Shown here piece by piece: positions 56,895-64,000 of a stretch of DNA of 64,000 nucleotides (its first letter is position 1; every line of letters starts with the position of its first letter). Both the position numbers and the translations under genes were made by a program. A model generated the notes under the pieces. That model was not told the origin of the DNA and did not search any database. It saw only the letters and a program-made list of their open reading frames with translations. The DNA is taken from contig JAOZFN010000009.1 of the NCBI GenBank assembly GCA_027492205.1, positions 1 through 64,000 on the forward strand, written 5' to 3'. The DNA is from Thermoproteota archaeon (GTDB taxonomy: Archaea; Korarchaeota; Korarchaeia; Korarchaeales; Korarchaeaceae).

Positions 56895-58091
56895 TTAAGA
56901 CGAGGGGGCCGACTCGGCCTCCTCCCTGGCCTCGGCCGCGGTCAGCAGGTGCCTCTCAACCGCCTGCACGGAGGACTCGAACTCCTCCCTCGGCGTATCC
57001 TCCATCTTGGTGAGCTCCTCCTCGTGCACCTCGTAGTAGAGCCTGGCCTCCTTCAGGAGGGAGGGAAGCCTCACCAGCTCCGGCTCCACCAGCAGGATGG
57101 CTATCTCGAAGTACTTAGACCCAGGGGCGACCGCCAGCCCCTCTCTAACGTCCACCCCAGCTATCTTCTCGCTCAGGAGCCTCTTGGCCTCGAACACCGC
57201 GTCTACGTTGAGGTACTCCTCCGGACCCCTGACCACGAGCGCGGCCTTCAGGGCAGTGCCCGTCCTGACCTCGGCCAGGCAGCCCTCCCTGAGGGCGGCC
57301 TCCGTCAGGAACTCCAGGCTCCCGCCGACGGACTCCACCCTAGCCTTCATGTAGCAGGGTACCGTGAGGGAGGCCTCGAAGAACCTGAGGATGGACTTCA
57401 GGTCCTGCGAGTCGAAGGTGGTCTTGTACCCGCCCCTCAAGGGCTCCACGTCGGCCGCCGACATGGCGACCATGCAGCGGCCCACGAGGGAGTTTATCCT
57501 GTCTAGGACCTGCTCGTCGCTCAGCCCCGGCTCGTCCCTGAGGACGATCTCCCTGGCAGTCTCGTTGTCCAAGAGTATCAGCGAGTCGACCCTGCCGAGC
57601 ATGTTGGCCGTGGCTATGACCGAGTTGTAGGCGAACCTCATGCTCTCCTTGGGGAACTTGAAGGGGAGCACGCCCACGGAGACTATGGGCTGGGTGGGCG
57701 GGCCTCCCCCGCCGAGCATCTCCCTGACGTAGTCGGCTACCACCGGCATGGACCCGCTGCCGGTCCCCCCTCCCAAGGCCGCAGAGAGCACCACCGCCGT
57801 CGAGTTCGCTATGCCCCTCTCGGCGACGACCCTCGTGAAGAGTTCCTTGCTCTCGGGTTCCAGCATGGCCTTCATGGAGTCCTTCCACCTGGCGCCGACC
57901 CCAGCGCCGCCGAATTTGCCGAAGAGGTAGAACCTGTCCTTGAGCACCTGGAGCTTGGCCTGGTCAGACACAGAGGTGTTGAAGACTACGGCGTCCACCA
58001 TGGCCGACGGGGCCTCTCCCGTGAACGTGTCGTAGGTCCTGTCGATGATCGCCCCGCCTGCCCCGCCCAGCCCTATCCCAAACCAGCGCAT
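56895..58091 (-). CDS. Tubulin/FtsZ-superfamily GTPase, CetZ-like (non-canonical)
   Basis: GLGGAGG, NTS, GAGVGA, GGGTGSG, VLPF, LLDN, T7-like FDSQD; acidic helical tail. Confidence 0.9.
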   Translation of the reverse strand: MRWFGIGLGGAGGAIIDRTYDTFTGEAPSAMVDAVVFNTSVSDQAKLQVLKDRFYLFGKFGGAGVGARWKDSMKAMLEPESKELFTRVVAERGIANSTAVVLSAALGGGTGSGSMPVVADYVREMLGGGGPPTQPIVSVGVLPFKFPKESMRFAYNSVIATANMLGRVDSLILLDNETAREIVLRDEPGLSDEQVLDRINSLVGRCMVAMSAADVEPLRGGYKTTFDSQDLKSILRFFEASLTVPCYMKARVESVGGSLEFLTEAALREGCLAEVRTGTALKAALVVRGPEEYLNVDAVFEAKRLLSEKIAGVDVREGLAVAPGSKYFEIAILLVEPELVRLPSLLKEARLYYEVHEEELTKMEDTPREEFESSVQAVERHLLTAAEAREEAESAPSS

Positions 58092-58151
58092 TAGGCCACC
58101 TCTTCCTGACGGCCCAAGATGGGAATAATATTAACGAGCGCCGACTCACGC

Positions 58152-60107
58152 TCAGGGTATCCTCCTCGCCAGTCTGCCGAGTAGCTCAGGCAGATCGCTG
58201 GCGGCACGATCGGTCCCGCCCGCTGAGAGTAGTCTCCTGAGTTCCGTGACCAAGCCGGACCTAACGGGCGCGCCCAGCCTCTCCTCCAGAAGGTCAAACA
58301 GTTCGGCGATCGCGTCGACCGCCGGAGCCGTGGGCGGCGCCTCAGGAGCTGGGGCTGGGGCCGGGAGCGGTGCGACGGGCTTCACGGCGGCTTCCTCTAT
58401 AGCCGGGGCTGTAGGTGTTTGCGTGGGCGCCTCCTCGAGTTTCGGTTCTGGCGTCTCGGCTGCGGCCGGCGCTACCGGCCCGCGCTCCGGGGCGCGCTCG
58501 GCCGGCTTAACAGCCTCCAGGCGCCGTACCTCCATCCGGGGAGCGGGCTTGGGCCTCGGGACTTCGACCCTGAGGGGCTTTATGAGATCGCCCTCGAGCT
58601 CCACGAGCCCCTCGTCCCTCAGCCTCCCGATCACCCACGGCCTCCACCTCTCCGGTATCTTCACCAGGTCCCCCACCCTAAGAGTCCCCGCCTTGGAGAG
58701 GGTAGTGAGGGCGTACTCCTTCCAGTAGGGGTAGAACCTCTCGGCGTCCGCCGCGGCCTCGAGGTACTCCGACAGCCTCCTCCGCACCTCCTTGAGCGGC
58801 GCCAGCGCCTGCCGGGCCTTCTCCTCAGGTGACATGGTAGGAACCTGAAGGGCCGCCCTTATGGTGGCCAGGACCGCGTCACCGTCCGAGACGAGCTTCA
58901 GCTGCTGAGAGATGGGTCCGGCCCTCTGCTCGGCTCTCCTGATGTATATCAGAAGTTCTAGGTTCTCTCTGATCCTCCTCACCTCCCGGTCGATCCTGTC
59001 CACGTCGTCTGGGTCCTTGACCTCGGCCCCCGCCCTGATCGAGGACAGCCTCACCGCCAGCGACCCTATCAGGGCGGTGAACGCGTTGGTGTTGAACTCC
59101 CTGTCGAGCATCTCGGCGGCCTTCTCGGCCTCGGAGATCAGGGCGAAGGCGCTCTCAAGCTCCAAGCTCAGTCTCTCTAGCTTCTCGAGCCCGTTCAGGA
59201 GGGGTTTGAGGGCCCTCTGCTCCAGAGACCTGAGGTCCACGAGGGCGTTCTCCATGCACTCCAGGTCCTCAGGGGGGCACCGGTTCTCGATCCGGGCGAT
59301 CCTGGCCTCGATCCACCTCACCGAGTCCTCGACGTAAACTGGGTCTATCCCGCTCTCCCTTATCCTGCTCGCCTTGAGGCGGATCGACTCTATCTGCCCC
59401 CTCACCCTAGAGAGCTCCGCCGCTAGGGCTGCCCTAGCCTCTTTAGACCTGGCGAGAACCTCTCTGATCTCTCTGATTTCTGAGTCGATCCTCTGGGTCT
59501 CTATAAGGGCGGCCTCGAGATCTGAAGTCGACTTCAGGGGAGAGCTCAGGAGTTCTTCCACCTTGGCGAGGTGGCCCCTCAGCTTGGAGGCTATCTCTGA
59601 GAACCCTCCCCTCTCGGCGGCGCCCAGCAGCTCCCTCGCATCCGCCTCGAGCGTCTCCAGCTTCCTCAGTAGGACTTTCCTGGCCTCCTCCCCTATCGCC
59701 CAGAGAACCGCCTCCAGAGAATCCATGAGGGACTCTATCCTGGGTGAGTACCGCCTGGCCACTCCCCCCTTCCCGAACGCCTTTCCCAGCGCCCTGGAGA
59801 GCGGACCCGGCTTCGAGGCGACGTCGGGATCGGAGGCCATCTCTCGAACGAGCTCGTCCACCTTCTCCACGACGCTCGTGAGTCTCGGCTTCAGCTCCTC
59901 CACCTGGAGGCTTCCGAGATCCTCCAGCCTCTGGAGTATGCCGTCCCCCCTCGCCGTCATCAGGAGGAGGAGCCCCAGTGCCTCCAGGATACCCGCCATC
60001 TCCAGGTTCTCGATCATGTACTCGACGACTTCGCTGGAGATCCCTCTCCTCTGCAGCTCTTTGAAGACGTATTCCCTGCTCGACTCGCTGCCCGACAGGG
60101 CAGGCAC
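58152..60107 (-). CDS. Long helical/coiled-coil protein with a wH-like segment, Pro/Ala linker and C-terminal helical domain
   Basis: About 450 aa heptad-rich region, then WVIGRLRDEGLVELEGDLIK, a PAPAP linker and a short helical tail. Confidence 0.75.
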   Translation of the reverse strand: MPALSGSESSREYVFKELQRRGISSEVVEYMIENLEMAGILEALGLLLLMTARGDGILQRLEDLGSLQVEELKPRLTSVVEKVDELVREMASDPDVASKPGPLSRALGKAFGKGGVARRYSPRIESLMDSLEAVLWAIGEEARKVLLRKLETLEADARELLGAAERGGFSEIASKLRGHLAKVEELLSSPLKSTSDLEAALIETQRIDSEIREIREVLARSKEARAALAAELSRVRGQIESIRLKASRIRESGIDPVYVEDSVRWIEARIARIENRCPPEDLECMENALVDLRSLEQRALKPLLNGLEKLERLSLELESAFALISEAEKAAEMLDREFNTNAFTALIGSLAVRLSSIRAGAEVKDPDDVDRIDREVRRIRENLELLIYIRRAEQRAGPISQQLKLVSDGDAVLATIRAALQVPTMSPEEKARQALAPLKEVRRRLSEYLEAAADAERFYPYWKEYALTTLSKAGTLRVGDLVKIPERWRPWVIGRLRDEGLVELEGDLIKPLRVEVPRPKPAPRMEVRRLEAVKPAERAPERGPVAPAAAETPEPKLEEAPTQTPTAPAIEEAAVKPVAPLPAPAPAPEAPPTAPAVDAIAELFDLLEERLGAPVRSGLVTELRRLLSAGGTDRAASDLPELLGRLARRIP

Positions 60108-60108
60108 C

Positions 60109-60591
60109 TCAGAGGGTTTTCCGCCGCCTATTTTTATCGATGCTGGGTGGCACTTCGAAGAAGTTTCTGGCCAGCCTCGTGGCCCAAGCGTACATCTTGC
60201 CGTTCTTCTTCCTCACGCCGACCAGGCCCTCGCGCCTGAGCCTCTTGACGTGCCTGTAGGCCGACGCCCCCCTCACCCTCGCGAGGTCAACCAAGTACAT
60301 GCCGCCCCTCTCCAAGAGGACGGCGAGGGTCCTGAGCTCTCCCCTGGTCAGCTCCGGTCTCGGGGCCAGCCTCCCCACGACGCCGTGAAACTCCCGCTTG
60401 AGGGTCATGTACCACCCGGTGGGCCTCCGCTCGATGGCTATGGACCTGCCCCTGTAGACCTCCTCGAGTCGAGATATCCAGCCGGGCACCTCCTCTGGGG
60501 GCACACCCGCGACCTTGGCCAGTTCCTCCTCCGAGAGCGGCCTGCCGGCGATGAAGAGCGCGGCCTCAATCACCAACTCCGGTCTGGTCAA
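60109..60591 (-). CDS. scpB: SMC-Scp complex subunit ScpB
   Basis: IEAALFIAGRPLS, ELTRGELRTLAVL, RGASAYRHVKRL..GLV. Confidence 0.9.
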   Translation of the reverse strand: MTRPELVIEAALFIAGRPLSEEELAKVAGVPPEEVPGWISRLEEVYRGRSIAIERRPTGWYMTLKREFHGVVGRLAPRPELTRGELRTLAVLLERGGMYLVDLARVRGASAYRHVKRLRREGLVGVRKKNGKMYAWATRLARNFFEVPPSIDKNRRRKTL

Positions 60592-61153
60592 CCCGCCTCA
60601 ACCGTATTAGGATCTCACCAAAAAGGGTCTCCTGCTGAAGCTCGACCTCCCCCTCCAGCTCCATGTGGAGGAGGGAGACCATAGCCTCGGCCGCCTCGGA
60701 CCTGTCCCTGGCCAGCTCGTGGAAGGGAACCTCGCGGCGTCCCGATCTGCCGATCAACTCCAGGAGCCTGGACCTCACCCTGTCCAAGTGCTCCGCCAGG
60801 CTCATTGCCGCCGAGATTATCCTGGAGAGGCCGTCCTCAGCCCTCCCGAGCGTTCTCGCCCACTCGATCGCCGCGGCGAACTCTGAGGGTCTGGGCCTCC
60901 GGGCCGGCACCCTCCCCAGCAGGGGCTCGGGAATGGTGGCCGCGGGAGCGGGCCTAATCCGCCTGGCCCCGGGTTTGGTCCCCTGGGGAGCCTCCTCGTC
61001 CTCGCCCAGCTTCGCGAGTGAGTCGGCGAACCTCCTAAGCTCGACCGCCAGGGAGTAGAGGGTCCTGGCAGCCCAGGGCATGTCCCGGGTTCGGCGGAAC
61101 TCTGCGAGGACGCGCTCAACCCTCAGCAGTATATTCGACGCGATCGAACTCAT
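60566..61153 (-). CDS. scpA: Kleisin ScpA (short, divergent)
   Basis: C-terminal SLLHMELEGEVELQQETLFGEILI kleisin wH motif; lies between smc and scpB. Confidence 0.82.
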   Translation of the reverse strand: MSSIASNILLRVERVLAEFRRTRDMPWAARTLYSLAVELRRFADSLAKLGEDEEAPQGTKPGARRIRPAPAATIPEPLLGRVPARRPRPSEFAAAIEWARTLGRAEDGLSRIISAAMSLAEHLDRVRSRLLELIGRSGRREVPFHELARDRSEAAEAMVSLLHMELEGEVELQQETLFGEILIRLRRVDQTGVGD

Positions 61154-63476
61154 CGAGCCTCACGCCCACCACCTTAGACTCGCCGTTCACCATCCTCACG
61201 CCAAGTATGGCGTCCGCCTCCTCGAGCGTGTCCTTCTTGAGGGAGATTATGATCACCTGCGACCCCCTTGCCACCATCCTCCTCAGGAGGGCCGCGTACC
61301 TCTTGCAGTTCCTCCCGTCCAGCATCATGTCTGCCTCGTCGAAGAAGTAGAGCGGGCTGGGTCGGACGCTCTGGAGGGCGTATATGAAGGCCAAGGCCGT
61401 GAGAGACTTCTCCCCGCCCGAGAGCGCCTCCATCGGAACCTCTCCCTTCTCCGGGAGGTTGACCCTGACCTCGAGCTCCAGTCTCGGCCACTCGCCCGAC
61501 ATCCAGACCTCACCCTCCCCGCCGAACATCTCTCCTATGGCCTCGTTGAATGCCTTCGACACCTTCTCGACGGTTTCCCTCAGGACCGCATCCCTCTCCT
61601 TTGCTATCTCGTCCAGGGCCCTCTCTATCGAGGCCCTCGCCTCTTCCAGCTGGGCCAGCGTCTCATCCATCTCCCGGGCCTTCGCCTCCTCCCTCCTCAG
61701 CTCCTCCAACGCGTCTGGACCGACCAGCGGAATGGTCCGGAGCCTGGCCGCCACGGCGGCGTACTCGGACTCCGGATCGTCGGACTCGGCCGCCTCCACG
61801 TCCTTCAGGCTCGCGAGCCTTGTCCTGAGCTCCTCTAGCCTCTGAGTCAGCTTACCTCTCTCCTCGGCGACGGCGCGCATCCTTCGCTCGTACGCCAGCC
61901 TCGAACTCATGGCCCTCTCAAGGTCGGCTCTGAGTTCGTCTATCCTCCTCCTCACCTCCCTCAGGGCCTCCTCAACCTCATGGGCGCGCTCCGGCGGGGG
62001 GAGTTCCCGCGCCCTCGCCTCCAGCTCCTCCAGCCTCTCCATGACCCTCTCCCGCTCCTCCAGCAGCTCTTCCAGCCTCCTCCTGAGGCGCCTCTCCTGC
62101 GCTGGGGAGGGGGGAGAGGACAGGATGCTGCCGTCCCTCTCGAGGATCTCGCCGTGCAGGCTGACGAATCGGTACCTGCCAACGTCGGACCTGGGGATGG
62201 AGTCCAAGTCCTCCACGAGCACGGCGTTCCCGACAATCGCCCCCACGAGTCCCTCCACGCCGGGCTCCGCCAGGACGTATTCTCTGAGCAGCCCGAGGGA
62301 GTACTCGGGCGGGTTCACGGGTCTCGGAGGCCTCAGGACGTCAAGCGGGAGCACCCTTATCCTGCGGCTCAGTCTCGAGCCTCTGAGGGACCTCACCATC
62401 TCGAGTCCGGCCTCCAGGGTTCTGACCACCGCATCGCCAACCCTCGCCCCGGCGACCGCCCTGTAGGCCATCTCGTAGCCCTCCACGGGCCTCACCAGTT
62501 CCGCGACTATCCCTACGTAATCCGGGTGACTCGTCACCGACCTCGGGGGCGGGGAGGCCCCCATGGTCGCCAAGAGGGTTCTCACCCCCTCCAGCTCCGC
62601 TTCAAGGGACCTGAGCCTCTCCCTGAGGGTCGCTATTCGGGCCTTGACCGTGGCGGCCTCACGGGCCCTCTTGAGTTCTTCCGAGCCCTCCAGCTTCCTG
62701 AGTTCCGACTCAGCCCGCCTGACCTCCCTCTTAATCTCCTCGATCTCCTCCTCGGATATGGCGGGGGCCTCCGGGGGCTGCAGCTCTTCTAGGTCCCTCT
62801 CGGTTCTCTCCATCCTCCTCAGTAGGACGGCCTTCTCCAGGGAAGCCAGTCTGCGCTCCAGCTCTTCCCTCTCGCGGTACGCCTCCGCCCTCCTCCTCAG
62901 AAACTCCAGCCTCTCCAGCCTGTCCCTCTGGAGCGCCCTGAGCACCCTGATGCGCTCCTCCACTCGCTCTAACTCTCTCAGCGTCTCCTCTCTCTTCCTC
63001 TCGAACTCCTCGACTCCGCTGATCTCCAGAATCAGCGCTGCCCTCTCCCTCGGGGTCGACTCGATTACTGCAGTGACCTCGCCCTGGCTGACGAAGTTGT
63101 GTCCGTCGGCCCTTAGGCCGAGCTCTGCCAGGGCGTCTCTGACCTCGTTGGCGGACGCCAACCTGCCGTTGAGTCTGTAGGACCCTCCAGATCTAGTTAT
63201 CCTCCTCTCGAGCCTCAGCGCCCCACCGGGGTGTCTGAGGACCAGCTCGACGGAGCAGGTGGCGGCCCCCTTCCTGATCAGGCCCCTGAGCCCCTGGGAC
63301 CTGAGCCAGCTCCCCCTGGCGCCCATGGCGAACATGACCGCCTCCATCACGTTGGACTTGCCCGAGCCGTTGGGCCCTGTGATGGCGGTCAAGTCGGAGG
63401 GGAACTCTATGGCGGCGCTGCGGAAGGACTTGAAGTTCTTCAGCCTGATCTTCGTGAGCCTGACGCCTGTGGTCAG
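61116..63476 (-). CDS. smc: SMC protein with hinge and short arms (about 786 aa; CTG start)
   Basis: LKNFKSF, GPNGSGKSN, SQG, hinge (GIVAELV..LPLD..VSLHGE), LSGGEKS, FFDEAD..LD. Confidence 0.92.
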   Translation of the reverse strand: MTTGVRLTKIRLKNFKSFRSAAIEFPSDLTAITGPNGSGKSNVMEAVMFAMGARGSWLRSQGLRGLIRKGAATCSVELVLRHPGGALRLERRITRSGGSYRLNGRLASANEVRDALAELGLRADGHNFVSQGEVTAVIESTPRERAALILEISGVEEFERKREETLRELERVEERIRVLRALQRDRLERLEFLRRRAEAYREREELERRLASLEKAVLLRRMERTERDLEELQPPEAPAISEEEIEEIKREVRRAESELRKLEGSEELKRAREAATVKARIATLRERLRSLEAELEGVRTLLATMGASPPPRSVTSHPDYVGIVAELVRPVEGYEMAYRAVAGARVGDAVVRTLEAGLEMVRSLRGSRLSRRIRVLPLDVLRPPRPVNPPEYSLGLLREYVLAEPGVEGLVGAIVGNAVLVEDLDSIPRSDVGRYRFVSLHGEILERDGSILSSPPSPAQERRLRRRLEELLEERERVMERLEELEARARELPPPERAHEVEEALREVRRRIDELRADLERAMSSRLAYERRMRAVAEERGKLTQRLEELRTRLASLKDVEAAESDDPESEYAAVAARLRTIPLVGPDALEELRREEAKAREMDETLAQLEEARASIERALDEIAKERDAVLRETVEKVSKAFNEAIGEMFGGEGEVWMSGEWPRLELEVRVNLPEKGEVPMEALSGGEKSLTALAFIYALQSVRPSPLYFFDEADMMLDGRNCKRYAALLRRMVARGSQVIIISLKKDTLEEADAILGVRMVNGESKVVGVRLDEFDRVEYTAEG

Positions 63477-64000
63477 GAGATCACCCTCCTGCCCTCCTCA
63501 GTGATCCTGAGGATGCTTCCCCTTGGGGTCTTCTCCATCTCGATGAAGCCCCCCTCGCTCAGCCTCCTAGCCCTGCGCCAGATCGTAGTCTTGGGCATCT
63601 CGAGGGCAGCCCTAAGCTCGGACAGGTAGGCAGATCCGCCCATCTGGTCCAGCTTCCTGAGGAGGGCTATGTCGTCGTACGAGAGCGGGGGCCTCTCTCC
63701 GGAGGTCCTCCTCCCCCGCGCCCGGAGGAGGAGTGCTATAGCGGCCGCCACGACGGCCCCGGCGGTCGCGATCCCGACCCAGAGGTATCTCAGCTCCCAC
63801 TCCGGCTGTGGTCCGTGAGATCTCGCCAGGAGGACGTAGGAGACCCAACAGGGGGTCTCCATGAAGACTATTGTCCTGTTGTCCACCGAGGTGACCGCGG
63901 AGGGCAGCTCAGACATCCCGACTAGGAGCGAGCCCTTCGGGAGTCGGATCTCGCAGGTACCCAGGTTGACGCTCAAGTTCACCGTCCAGACGTCTCCCTC
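63473..64000 (-). CDS. Membrane-anchored winged-HTH protein (5'-truncated by the window)
   Basis: Extracellular beta region, TM WVGIATAGAVVAAAIALLL, then LSELRAALEMPKTTIWRRARRLSEGGFI. Confidence 0.8.
   Translation of the reverse strand, partial: EGDVWTVNLSVNLGTCEIRLPKGSLLVGMSELPSAVTSVDNRTIVFMETPCWVSYVLLARSHGPQPEWELRYLWVGIATAGAVVAAAIALLLRARGRRTSGERPPLSYDDIALLRKLDQMGGSAYLSELRAALEMPKTTIWRRARRLSEGGFIEMEKTPRGSILRITEEGRRVIS

Noticed and set aside
60109-63476. Wadjet/MksBEFG anti-plasmid system
   Set aside because: No JetD/MksG toprim nuclease nearby; motifs and order match Smc-ScpA-ScpB

Overview
GC-rich archaeal chromosomal segment. It has archaeal-type SerRS, GlyRS, LeuRS, ATP-dependent ligase, aIF1, Sec61beta, PAC2 and archaemetzincin. 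The combination of SMC/ScpA/ScpB with a non-FtsZ tubulin-family gene in a thermophile-like background suggests Korarchaeota; this taxon call is inference only. The window is mostly housekeeping genes, plus one tRNA-Lys(UUU), one IS607-family element (tnpA+tnpB) that splits a RelE-like toxin gene, and several gene remnants. No CRISPR array or rRNA was seen. Two candidates stand out. (1) A threonine-synthase-fold protein lacking its Schiff-base lysine, fused to a winged-helix DNA-binding domain and transcribed divergently from an HmpT/PdxU-like ECF S-component; it may be an archaeal vitamin-B6/PLP sensor. (2) A locus with a short-armed SMC (about 786 aa, apparently CTG-initiated), ScpA, ScpB, a long coiled-coil/wH protein and a CetZ-like tubulin homologue. 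All calls come from reading motifs by eye; no database searches were run.
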